Assembly: GCA_043228905.1 (NCBI GenBank)
Contig: JBHGNT010000005.1
Span: 4,092,001-4,156,000 of the forward strand
From: Azolla caroliniana
Taxonomy: Eukaryota > Plantae > Polypodiophyta
Direction: 5' to 3'
Length of the DNA: 64,000 bases
Shown here: piece by piece, positions 24,761-37,862 of the stretch
Numbering within the stretch: position 1 is the stretch's first letter
How the letters are laid out: each line of letters starts with the position of its first letter
Translations under genes and position numbers: made by a program
The notes under the pieces: model-generated
Database searches by the model: none
What the model was told of the DNA's origin: nothing
The model's input: only the letters and a program-made list of their open reading frames with translations

Positions 24761-27700
24761 CTAGCTAACATTGAGAGGACCAAACAGGTTCCATTGTTCT
24801 TCATGCAATGTGACTGCTATTGGTCCATTGAGAGATACAAGCTCTCCATCAATGCCACAAGCTTTGGGACCCTTGCTTCCTGGCCTTAGTTTTACAGATT
24901 GTACCTACATAGAAAATGCCTTCTAGTCAAGATTCCTACATGTACACTGTCAAGACATAAAGCCAGATATGCATTTAAGAATACATTGTTTTGATGCACA
25001 AGTGGCAATACAAATATACATCTATAACTATACTTTCAATGCAGATATTAATGAGGCTAGAAAACAAATAAGCTATGAATGATGCTAGGATGCAGCACAC
25101 TTACATCAAAGAATGATGTGTTGATGCACAAATGGCAATCCAAGAAACTGCAATGCGCATGAGAACCTTTGTGAAAACTAACTGAAGAATTTCAGTACCT
25201 ATAACTATAGTTTCGATGCAGTTCTTAATGAAGCTAGGAAACAAATGAGCTATAAATGATGATAGGATGCACTTAGCATTCAGCAAGGCTTAGACAAAAA
25301 AAAGGAATGACTTAGAAAATTATATTAGGGTAAAATTAGCCTATGAGACAGATCTTAGAAGTATACATATCAATGACCTCCATGTATTTCAAGAAAGGGA
25401 CAAACAAGTAATGCATGAAAAGTATTAATAGATCATTCAAGAAAGTTTTATATAATGTATACGCTAGAGGCCAATGTTGGCATATGAGACATTATGAGAT
25501 ACGAGAGAGAGGATCCTGAAGGTATCTAAGTAAAGGAGAAACACAAGTCCAAGAAAATTATTAATAAATACATGGTGATGCTTTATCCTTTCATGCATGA
25601 GATGGGAAATAATATGCAGGTTTGCAAACGATTGAAACAACAGTATAATATGCACATTTGCAAAAGACCAAAACGACCTGTGAGAATAATAATGATACAA
25701 GCATCATAGAAAAGACTAATGAAGTGATAGCCCTAAAGCGCTTCATACCTTTGTACACTCTACAAATGGTAGAGACAAATGGCAGCCGAATTGCATCAAA
25801 ACCAAAAATCGGAGCAGCTGGAAACGACCAACATCATGAACCAACAAAAGATCTAAGGTTTTACCATCATGTTTTGCATTAGGGGCCAATGTTTGTGACT
25901 TTGCACACTGTACTGTTTTGCATTTATGATTGCATACCATAACACCCAGAAAAGGACCTTGTTTCAGAACCCATTTGTCCTCGTCAAACACTGGTGATTT
26001 AGGATGCTTCTGATAAACTTGACCCCCAATATCAGTTTCAAGGTTTAGCTCTAAACAGCTTTCTTGCTGAGGGGTCCATTTTACCCCCACAGAATTTGAT
26101 GTTTCATCTCCCATGCTTCGGCTCGACCATCCCTTTTCTAGTCTTGATTTTGACCTAGTTCTAGGCCTAGGAGATGGAGTCATAGGTCCTCCCACAGATT
26201 GATTCAACCCTAGAAGTTCATCTATTCCAGCATGCATTGGGGCACGCATAGGTGGGGACCATTTTAACTTAGAGTCAAGTCCTCTAACATATTCTGAAGA
26301 CTCATTAGTAGGATCAATAGCATGGTCATGCTCAATTGGAAATCGGTTACTCAATGACCTTACCCCTTTTTCTATGTCCATCTTTCGTGAAAATATATCT
26401 GAGATGGCATCAAAATTACCAACATTTTCTCCCTGAATAGAACCTCTGCTATCTCTTGCCTCTTCATTTTCCTGACCAGGAACTGGAAGATATTCGATCT
26501 CGCAGTCATATCCTGATAAACAAAGAAACTTCAAGGCACCGGCAACAAAATATCTCAGAGGTCCAAACTTCTTTTGATACTTTTCAGAAAGCTCCAACAC
26601 TGTTTAAACAGATTCAAACTCTTCAAGGTTAGGACTCATTAAAGAACTTCGGCATTATGGATTAAACAATTTATTAAATAAATATTAGTTCTCTTCTGTT
26701 TTAATATTTCCTGTTGTCAAAGAAATCATGCTTTCATTTGTGAACAAAAGTTAAAGTTAACTGATTTCTTGGTATTCATTCTGCAAGTAGAGTAGATATC
26801 TGTTAAACTAGGTAAAATCAAGGTCATGTGGTATCTGAATCAACTTAAGAAATAGGTAACTAGACCAGGAAATCACTCTCTGCTTGCCTAATCAATGATC
26901 ATTATCATGCATGGCCTCCCAGTTGACTTATGACGGAAGATCTTGATGCCGTCAGATAGACATATGGAAAAGATCAGAGGGGTGACATTACCACAGCATC
27001 ACCGTGAATCACATTTCAGCAGGAATAAGAAGTTAAATGGCTGAAACAGTCAAAAAGTTTCGTTATGTAGCTAAAACATATTGTCAGGAATCAGGGAAAC
27101 TTAGATAGCTAAAGAGCTGTGTGGGTCAAGACCTGCAAAGCTTAGTATTTATATTTACAGCTACGACAATTTGGGTTATCTAATCCCATTTAACCTTGCT
27201 ACAGTGATTATTAAGCTTTGTGTGCAATCATACCCCCCCTGCAACTTTACTTAAACACATGGGCTCAAATAGAACAACCTTGGCAACTTATCTATCTAAA
27301 TCACCATCATAGCTTCTGCAGCACAGGTCACTTCATTTCATCCCTCTCCACATGGGGAGCTGTTAAATCCAGATTGATAAGAGGATAAGCAACTTTAGGG
27401 GAACTGTGAGAGTGTGCCTTCATGTAGAGTTTCAAGAGCCACATACTAAATTGTGGCTATTTGACAATCTAAGAACATTACAGGACACAGGTCGTATTAC
27501 AGTACACTCTAATAACCTAGAATAAAACACCATGGTCCATATAAATGTAGTACAGATGGAGAAGTCTTGTATCCATGACCTCTAGGATGATTCAAGTTAG
27601 GGCTTTCATCCACATGAGAATATCTGAGATAAGTGTAACAGTGATACACTCTTACCAGATCAGTGTCCATTCACAATATGTAAAAAGCTCCCCTGGTATT

Positions 27701-30700
27701 AGCCTCAAGTCCTTGTGATATCTTGCAGATGAAGGAAATATTTCATGTCGGTTCAGACAGGATCTTGGTTTGCATTCCATAGTTCACGTGTACACAAAAT
27801 ACCCTTTTAATACTGATTGACCACACCGTCTCTCAAATTGATTCACTCACAGATAGGAAATATTATTATAATCTATGTGATGTTTAGTGTCCATCCACAA
27901 TATTTAAAAGCTCCCCTGGTATTAGCCCTCAAGTCTTTGTGATATCTTGCATCTAAGGAAATATTTCGTGTTGGTATGCTCAGACAGGATCTTGGTTTGC
28001 ATTCCATAGTTCACGTGTACACAAAATACCCTGTTAATACTGATTGACCACACCATCTCTCAAATTGATTCACTCACAGAAAGGAAATATTATTATAATC
28101 TATGTGATGTTTAGTTTAAATTGAAAAATCATTCTTGATGTGTAAGGGCTTCATAAATGTCTACAATCTATTGTTTTAAAAGTTCACAAATATGTTGCTC
28201 ATATAATATGGATAACCGGATTCATAACTTTCTTGAAAAATACTTTTACAAAAGTTGTGTTGTACAAAAATGCATTTCCAGTGTATAGGAAGCTCATTGC
28301 CAGAAAGTTTCAACCACATTGTTGTAGGCAATCATTTTAAATTCGGATCCTATAGGTCCTTTTATCCTATTTCATTTCATTTCTATCTTTTTTCAGTAAA
28401 AGGTACCACAATATATTCTCTGTAACACAGATACTACAAAAGATCACTGAAGAGGAGAAACATACCATCACTCATAAATCCATAGTACGTTATCGTGTGG
28501 CCAAGTTGGAAGTCACCAGTCTTCATCCATTCTACCGATATTATATCAGTGGACACTAGATCTCCCTGAAACACAGTGCAATAACACAAGAAGCAGGAGA
28601 AGAATATATCATCCAATCTTCAAAACATCAAAAGTGACAAGAATATACTTTTTCCGTGAAGTAAATGGGCAGGCATCCTAAGTTTGATAACGTTTGCGGT
28701 ATGCCTTGCAGAACTTGAAGTCATGTGCATTTCTATGCCACTTTGTTTTTGCAGAAAATGATAATTACAATCTTCAGCATGCACACACAGGTGATGACAG
28801 CAGCAGTATAAAAAGAAAGTGTGTACAAGCATCTATTTCCAAATGGAAGGATGCATATAATACCTAATAGAGTGTTCATAGCTCATAATAAGTGATAAGT
28901 GTTACTTAAACAGATAGTGCATGTCCTGGCCCTCTTCATAAACTGCCAATCGTACTCTCTAGAGTCTACAGATTTCCAAAACTAGTGATTGATGCTTATG
29001 CTATCTAAGTGTCCTTCATTTCATATAGAAGAATGCCTATTAGATGATTGAACGGTGTTTTAGTGTAATTCATTATTGTTGCAAGTAGAGAGAGAGAAAC
29101 CTTGACGATGGCAATTGCAGCAGAAACCGGATCTCGAATTCCCAAAACAGACCATATCAGAGAATTGTCGGAGCCTGCAGGGATGATGCCAATAGGAATT
29201 TTCTTGGATTGCTTGATATCATCTCTATTTACTACACCATTGAGGACCTGTCTCATACCACATGGTAACAGCTCAGATTTATAAATATCAAAAGATGTCC
29301 TTACGCTCAGACATTAAATATGAGGCATGGATAATTCATGCAGCAAGCAAATGAAATATAGATTAGATAATTTACATTATGCAAATAGAAACTCATACCT
29401 CATTAACAATGCCATCACCTCCAACACAAATGATCCCTGAATAAATAGAAATTTTCTCATTGAGAATGTTACACGTTCTCTAACATGATCTAACAATCCA
29501 TTTGCGGTAGCAAACAGAAATAGATCAACCTGAAGTGACAGCTGTTGTGAACAAAAGTAAAATGAAGGACATCACGTTTTAAAAAAGAATACCATTTATA
29601 CAAGTTGATAAATCTGCTGTTGCAGCAAGATTCTGAGCATGATTAGGGCCACTTGTTTCTACAACAGTCAATTTTAATCCAGCCAGCTGTTAAAAAGAAG
29701 ATGCCTTCAGAAGAAACTCCCTATCAGTGGCACTAACGAAGCAATATTCATAGCAATGCACAAATCATTTCCAACAAAGACAATCCAACTACCGATTCTT
29801 CCTAGATCACTCTTACCATCTGAATGACCAAAGCACTGTGTTGTGTGTTGGAGCAGGGACACAATCACATTTTCATGATTTGAATACAAGTGTTTAAACT
29901 TCAAAGTTAGAAAATACCGATTTCTAGAAATTTAGTCCATTTTCTACTCCTTCGGGATACACATAATTATATAACCCTAGATGTTTGTCAGAATTTCATA
30001 ATTGTAATAAAAAAATCTCACCTTTAATATAGGTTCCACTTTGGAATCATAAATCTTGCGAGCACGACCAGATCCCGAACGAGGATTAAGAATAACAAGC
30101 ATAGCACGTCCTGAGGTCAAAGCAGTAGAGATCTGAGGAGATGATGACTCTTTAACATCCATTGTTGATGCTTGCCTCTTCGATGCAGGCAACGGTTGTG
30201 GAGAATAATTAACAAAACATTTTAGTGACTCAAACGCAGCAGCCCATTTTGCAGCCTCATCTGGCCTTGGGGCTAGGAAATAAAAATCTTTCCTTTTCCG
30301 ATCCTTCCTACCACATGACCACATTGACTTTCGAAACGGATAAGAATGCACTATAAATCTACGTGTATGAAGTACATGCGAAATCTGCATATTTTACAAG
30401 TACACAAATGTCACTGAAAGCTTAACATTTTGTCTAGGTAAACATGAATCCATATCAATTATACAACAGAACCACCAGAAAATTTCATTGAACTACATAT
30501 TTTGATTTATTTTGCTCTTATGAAAACATACATTTCTTCACTTCCTCAATCCTAGAAACTTGAGTATTTTCAAAATGATCATTTACAACAAGAGTAGAAT
30601 GCCAAGCAAACAAATATCCTTGAAAATGAATCAGTCTTCTAAAAGAATTTAATTGCAAGTAAGTCAATGGCAACAGCAAATTTCGCTGAATCTTCTCGTC

Positions 30701-31389
30701 ATATAAAAAAAAAGTATAACATAAGCTCTATAGAGTCATGAGTAAATCTGCTTCTGAGTAACAGACGAACTAATATAATACAAAGACATCCTGATATAAC
30801 CAATCAGAAAATTGAATTTGCTCATTTGTTCACCCTCAATGGTCGCAATCTCATTAACAGCGGTAACATGGAAAGGAACACCCGCATATAGATACTTATG
30901 CACCATAATCCCCAAAAAGAAGATCTTTCAGATTAAATTTAATTCACTGACACAATATCTGCCAAAGCCATCAGGATATACACTAACACATATATCCTAT
31001 TAAACACTGCAATCCCCTTAAGGCAACAAAAAGGAAATCCTTCCGAATAGATTTTATCTCACCGATACAATATCTGCTAAGCTCAGTGACTTTTTTGCCC
31101 AAATAAACTCCTTTGTTGTGAGGCTAGCAGAAACTTGAGCTTTTGTTATATTTTCCTTGGCTATATTCTTGTCAGGAACAAGTTGACCAATCAAGATTGT
31201 TTCTCCCAAAATATCTGCATTTCCATTTCTTACTTCAATTTTATGATCATGGCTATTATCTGCTTCCAAAACCTTTGATGCGTTATGGTTTTTTATAGGT
31301 ATCCCCAATTGCACATCAGCAACATTTCCCAAGGGCATGCTGTCATTTGTTTGGGTTTCTGTATATGCATCATGGAAATTATTCAACAT
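24761..31389 (-). CDS. LCBK1: Sphingoid long-chain base kinase 1-like (DAGK catalytic family), about 687 aa
   Basis: Eight in-phase exons: 31063-31389, 30022-30384, 29593-29686, 29399-29436, 29101-29247, 28466-28565, 25749-26599, 24761-24904. Motifs MLVILNPRSGSGRA, GIICVGGDGIVNEVLNG, IPIGIIPAGSDNSLIW, YYGFMSDVLELSEKYQKKFGPLRYFVAG, RPRTRSKSR and CGIDGEL match plant LCBK1. Confidence 0.93.
27682..28115. repeat. ~224-bp tandem duplication in LCBK1 intron 6
   Basis: AAAAGCTCCCCTGGTATTAGCC...TATGTGATGTTTAGT occurs at about 27682 and 27906. Confidence 0.9.
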
Positions 31390-33924
31390 TGTAGTTAATC
31401 TGTCTTATCCTTCAAACGCTAGCATCACCAATGCTTTTTAAGCGAGTCCAAAATCTCTGTAATAAAAGAAAAGGAATTTGAATGACTGGATGTTAAGAAC
31501 AAACAGGTATCATCATTTGTACATCTATGTGTGGACCATCAAGAAATACGCACATCATTTATAATCTTGTACATACATATATGGATATGTATACATACAC
31601 TTGTGCAAATGCAAACATCATCGAATGGATCTTTTATGAGCACCAATGTTTTTTTATCTATGTGTGCACTACCACGAGGATACATGGGCATGAAAGGAAT
31701 CTTCAAAATAACCTGATGCTATGGATACATATATACATCATAGAATGGATTCTCAATAATCGTTATCATTTGAACATCAATGTGTGAACTGTTATGAATA
31801 AAATACAAAGCTAAACTGCAACATAACCTAAGGATGAAATGTTCTATATACAAATACATATATGTATGTATATTGCATAACTATATAAATACATACACAT
31901 ACATACATATGTAGAATCTATGTATATATAGATGTATGCGTAAGTATACATAAGAACACACAACACATGCACATGCACATCATAGAAAAGATCCTCTATA
32001 CATCTAAAATTAGCATTATGCCAATAATCTATGTAATCCCAACTAGCCCAAATAACTATTTTTTCTTTCATTATCTTTACTTTTAAGGAATCAAAACAGT
32101 TTATTTCACACGAAGAAAAAGAAAAGTTTTCATGCAATTTCTTTATCCCCTGTTTCTAGAAATATTGCATATGCATTAACATTCTTAGGAATCGAAGATT
32201 AGATCTGATAGATTCATTGCAAAAGAAAAGAAAAGGCGCATAATATCTATACATCTGCATATTTTCTGTTAGACATTTGAAACATGATGACCTCATTTTA
32301 GATAATACAAAGAGAGAGAAAGGAATCCAAAATCACCTGGGTGCAGAAGAATCAGGGTTTGCAGGCAGATCAACAGAATCTCCGACAAGGAGCTATCGGA
32401 TTGGAGGGGTTCGGATTGAATAGGAAGGAAAGAGATTAGGGAGGAGGAGGAGGAGGAGAATAAAAGGAGCAGGGGAGGAAGCTATGGAGATCCAAACATC
32501 TGAGCAAAATACTGAAAGGAGGAGGAGGAGGAGGAGGAGGAGGAGGAGGAGAAAACGCACCAAGAAAATCAGGGAGCACAAAAAACAAACAAAAGAAAAG
32601 GAAAAGCAAATCGCAGCAGGGACAGAGAGAGACAGAGAGAGACTTTCAAATATGTACATATGTATATGTGTATGCATACATACATTACACAATGAATGTC
32701 TTTGTTTTCTGCTTTTTGTTTTCTGTTTTTTGCTTTTTGCTTTTTGCTTCCCATGTTTCAAGTGGAAGTGGTGGTGGTGGTGTTCCGATCCGAATCCTTC
32801 GTCCGTGTTGTATGCCGTAAAAAACTTGTGCTTGTTCCCGCCGAATCCATGTCTTCTTTCTTTCGTGAATATCTATGTTTTGTATTAAAACAAGATTATG
32901 ATACAAAAACCTTGCTATCTCAACTACTTCATTAGTCGCGATATGGCGAGGTAAACCCTCTCGGAGTCTTGTAATGCTAGATGACATTAATCTACCACTT
33001 CCTTCTTGGGACAATGTCCCTACATAGCATAGTTGCAAATTTTGCCATATACAACTTTCTTTTCTGTTTGTGGACTTTGTTGTGGTACCCCATGAAGTCC
33101 CATCGAACAAGAACTTGTTCCTCATGCTCTACTTATACCACGTCCCCAGATACCTAAGGTAGTCAAACACCACCTTCTATGATGGGGTGTGTGGAGCGTT
33201 AACACAGTCAATGAAAACCCATTTAAAAGGTAGCAAAAAACTGGCTACTTGTTAATGATGCTCAAATATTGTGATATAACAACCCATATGGATTTAGCAA
33301 TCGAGCATGTAATGAACTTGTATTTGTCATCTTCCTCGATCACTATACAGAAAAAACATGTCCCATTCAAAATATGTCTTCACTTTAAAGTCGTCGCCAA
33401 AGGTAAACCACCACCATCGCATGCCAAAGAAAAGCCTTTGCAGGAAATGGAATATGAGAATGCTAACCTGCATCTAAAACCCAATGCCACCATTTTATAC
33501 AACAAGTCCAAAATAACTTGGGAGCTAATCAATTAAGCTTGTTCTATTACTATTTGCTTGATATATTTTTTTCACAATTGTCACCTTTTTGTCATCAACA
33601 TACGAAGATTAAATCCTTTTATACATGTTTAGGATATTATTTTGTTGTTGTGATGGCAATTCCAAAACCACAAATCTCTAAAATGTGTCTCTACACTCTA
33701 TGATACAAGCAACAATTCCATACATACCATGACATTTGTCTCAAACACATATCTATAAACTAGACAAATACCATTGTGTCTATTTCCTATAGAGACAAAT
33801 GCTCAAGTACTTAATGATCCTTATGTAGCCCTTAAAGCTACAAATATCCATTTTTAAAGATATGAGAGCATCTACCACAATCATTATTCCATGTATCCTT
33901 TAGAGCTTACGAGCTTTTAGCATT

Positions 33925-34160
33925 ATTCACTTGATACTTGTTCCCTTGGTTCAAGTTTGACATCATTGTTCAATATACATGTAAACTCCCAAGTTATAAG
34001 ATTTGGTCAATGAGCCTTTTAAAACTATCCCACATGTGTCACTATGAGCCCTTCGATATTCACTTTGATATACTTGCTCCCTTGGTTCAAGTTTGACATC
34101 GTTTCTCAAGATACACATAAACTCCCAAGTTACAAGATTTGTTTTGTGACACTTTTAAAA
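33925..34160. repeat. ~130-bp direct duplication
   Basis: ATTCACTT..GATACTTG.TCCCTTGGTTCAAGTTTGACATC...AAACTCCCAAGTTA.AAGATTTG occurs at about 33925 and 34058. Confidence 0.75.
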
Positions 34161-35381
34161 CTTGCTTGTTATGGCTCTATGAACCTCATGGAAGGTGTTA
34201 CTAATGTTTAATGGAATATATAACTAAGAGGCTAATTTTTATTGATATTTGTTCGATATTGGTAAGTACCGATTTCTCATTCCATGTTGATTCATTATGT
34301 GTATTATGGGATTTTGACATGATTCACTATGATACACGAGTTCAACCCATGTCCTCACTTGTATATTTTTAGATGTTGATCAATATGTTCATTTTCCACG
34401 AGTATAGAAGTTTATCACTCTATTCATTTTTCCACGATTTGAGGGTTTGAAATGATATTAAGAAGTTGTTGCGAGGACTTTATAAGTCAATATCCTCTTC
34501 CTTTCTAGATTTTATATGTTACCGTGGTTAACCCTTAAATAATGGATGACAACTTACAAGTTTTGTAGTGTCAACTATTGTAATGGGTGATCAATGCATA
34601 CATGGTTGTTTAAGGAGATGGAGAATGAGCATAATTAATTTGAGTATCCATAACAACATTTCTACAATATCCTACAAGAATGTATACTTTTAATGAGTAT
34701 GTGGAGGCTTGGTAGAAGATTTGAGATGTGTGATTGCAATCATGCTTTAACATTGTGCTAAGCTCACTTGCTAGTTTATTTGAATCATTTTCTTCAACTC
34801 CAAATAGGACCCATAGTCAATTTGTTATAGGCATAGTATCTTAAAAGTTAAGAATCTCGAATGGCTTGAGTTGGAGACTAATGCAATCCTATATCTTAAT
34901 CTGAATGGATAAGAATCTAGAATGGCTCGAGTTAAATGTTTCATATGATCATCACGTAGATTTTGTAGTTTTGTTTACTGAAAATACTAAACCTCACCTA
35001 GGATGGGTGTGATTCTTGCATGAAAAATGTTAGAGAGATACATCATCATCACCATCCTCGCCCCAATTCATTTAATAGAAACCCGACACAAGTTTTCAGT
35101 AGTGGCCTTGAGCTAATCCATGTTTTTACGAACCCATGCAATAATCTTCTAGATAACATTGCAAATTGTCAGAATTGAATAGGTGACATTGTTGTTCTTC
35201 ATTGGCCAACCTTACCATCTCAGTTAATATATAGAGAGAAACTATACAACATAGATGAATACGTGTCTCAAGTTAATGGTAATGATATCTCTCTATCTCC
35301 TCAACTCAATACACAATAATGAAATGTTTTGCTTCAGTTCCATAGGTCGTATTTGACCTTCAATGAGAGTGAGAAAACAAT

Positions 35382-35419
<38 letters not shown>

Positions 35420-35423
<4 letters not shown>

Positions 35424-35715
35424 AACACACAATTATATTCATTGTATGTAAAACCCATTGTTACAACTTCTTAGCCGTCCCTATCTTTGTAGGTTGAGCA
35501 ACATATTCTATAAAGCCATTAAAAAACCTAAATATGCATTTGAAGAAATGGTCCCCACATGCTCCAAGATTTCAACATTAGAATGCCTTTCAACTTCTCA
35601 ATATAGGCTTTCACCTCATGCCTACCATCGAGCATGAAATAATTACGCATATATTCCATATGTGTTGTAACTCTTGATATTGTATAAATTGGAACAAGAT
35701 CAGCTGATCATTTGG
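35420..35715 (-). mobile_element. 5'-truncated LINE 3' end, same family as 35950-37812
   Basis: Minus translation YMRNYFMLDGRHEVKAYIEKLKGILM parallels WNMRNAFVFNGKHGVKAYLRKLKGVLM in the longer copy; both share the 3' terminus AATATAATTGTGTGTTTT. Confidence 0.75.
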
Positions 35716-35728
35716 TCTCTCTCTCTCC

Positions 35729-35927
35729 CCGTTTATTTTTTAATCGTAATTAGCTTACCTTATTGGTAAGTTGTTACACTACAAGCACTACATCTTGGGT
35801 TCGAAACCCAATTTTCTCACCTCTCTATTATATACTTCATATCTCTTAATTCACTAGATGTCACTATGGAATGTAGGGGTTGAACCCATGACCTCCTAGT
35901 CTCCATTGGTCAACCTTACAAACTAAG
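35729..35927 (-). mobile_element. tRNA-derived SINE-like element, copy 2
   Basis: GGAATGTAGGGGTTGAACCCATGACCTCCTAG is homologous to 23887-23919, and the body is shared with copy 1. Confidence 0.65.
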
Positions 35928-35949
35928 CTCTCTCTCTCTCTCTCTCTCA

Positions 35950-37811
35950 TTCTGTTTTTGGTGAAAACACACAATTATATTAATAAATGTGTGTAAAAAA
36001 CACTACTTACAATGGGTGTGACCATGAAGTATGGTCACCCACTAACTACAGTACACTACATGGGTAATGGAACATGTTGAATTGCCAATAGGCAAGACGA
36101 ACATTCCACCGAGGAAAGGATTTCCACTTGCTCCAATAAAGAAAATTGTCACATTAGTACTCCCTTCAACTTTCGTAGATATGCTTTCACTCCATGTTTA
36201 CCATTGAATACAAAAGCGTTGCGCATATTCCAATTATGACGCAATCCCTAATATCTCAAAAATAGAAAAACAATCTCCATCTCTAACTTTGGGTCCACCA
36301 TGTGTAAATTGTGCAAACACCCACTGTCTAGGTGTCAAATAACACCGTGATAAAACTTGCCAAATTTGAGAAATGTAACTCCAAATTTGAGAAGCAATCG
36401 GGCATTGTATAAATCGATGAGTACTATCTTCCATTTGAACAGTGCAAAAAAACAATTACCCGTTGTTAGTTGTTAGTCCACGACGCTTTAGAGCTAATCC
36501 CAAAGGCAATCCTCCAATCAGAACTCTCCAAATGAAGAACTTTGCTACAAGTGGCAATTTAGAATGCCAACTACGTTGTAAGATTTGCCACCACCCATGA
36601 TTAGATTTGTGTAATCTCCATTCTTCTTCAGCCTTAGATGATAACCATCCAAGAGACTCAACAGAGCAATGATACAAAAGATTAGTAGTCACTTCTTACA
36701 ACGATGTTTGACCCTTTAAACACCAATCAATCCACGGTTGTTCTCCTGTTTGTAGAGTTAAGGGACCTTGCATCAATGAAATATTTCGTAGTTGTTGCCA
36801 AATAAACCCATAATTAGGCAGAATGCATAATAATTGTCTTGCTTCAACAAACTCCAAAATTCTTTGAGATGGAGCCTCAACTATATCTCCCACCTCTTTG
36901 ACCCCCAAACGAAACAAATGATTAAAATTGAGAGCGTAATCTATCCTTTCCTGACCAACATAATAACCGAGAAGACACAAGTACCTCTTTTTGCAAACAA
37001 TTGCAATACTCTCTACTAGATGATAGTTTCCATACACATAACAAGAGTGCTTCTTGCCATGAGGTAACCAAGTGTTGAACACATGTAGAGCCCGGAATCC
37101 TAAGTGAAATATATCCATTTAGTAATTGCCACCTTGAAGCCTTAATTGTTGTCCTCCCATGTGTTAAAACCCTTGTTCTCAATGAAATATTGAACAATAG
37201 ATATCCATGGTTGTGAGTTTGAACACATGTCTTGTAATAATGAAAATCTACGAGCCATCATATGCTTAGATAAGTTCAATACTCCAGCTCCCCCCAAGTG
37301 CTTAGGAGTTGCTAGATGATTCCATGGAACCCAAGTGATTCCCATCTTATCCCTTTTCTTCCACAACAAATATCGAAGAGGTTGCAAAATAGAATGCAAA
37401 GCCTTCTTTGTCCACGACAGCAATGACAAGTAATATAATATCATAGGTTCCATAATACATTATACAACCTTCAAACGTACATGAAATGGCCAAGATTGTG
37501 ATTTCTAATACATGAACTTATCCCTCAACTTACAAGACATCCATTCAATCAATTGACCATTTGTAACATTCATTCCTAATAGATAGCCCAAGTGTCGAAA
37601 AATAGAGCCTTTCTTCACCACGGATCCTTACCATCCTAAACATTCCAAATCCCTTTTAGTACATGATATGAGACTAAACTTCCTCCAATTAATATGTAAT
37701 CTAGAAGCCAATGCAAATTGGTTCCATACAAGCATCCCCTTCTCAAGATTCTCTTGTGGGGCTTGTAGAAACATGAAAGAGTCATCAGCCAAAGCTTGTG
37801 CAACTAGTTGC

Positions 37812-37812
<1 letters not shown>
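35950..37812 (-). mobile_element. 5'-truncated, frameshifted LINE (L1/Tx1-like ORF2: RT C-terminus plus zf-RVT)
   Basis: Broken ORFs give LADDS (RT catalytic region), FRHLGYLLG, WVPWNHLATPKHLGGAGVLNL, KFFIWRVLIGGLP and CFFCTVQMEDSTHRFIQC (CCHC zinc finger). Confidence 0.88.

Positions 37813-37862
<50 letters not shown>

Noticed and set aside
32685-33125. 146-aa ORF upstream of LCBK1
   Set aside because: The C-terminus comes from a simple repeat, and the start MRNKFLFDG resembles a LINE ORF2 tail; more likely a TE remnant than a gene.
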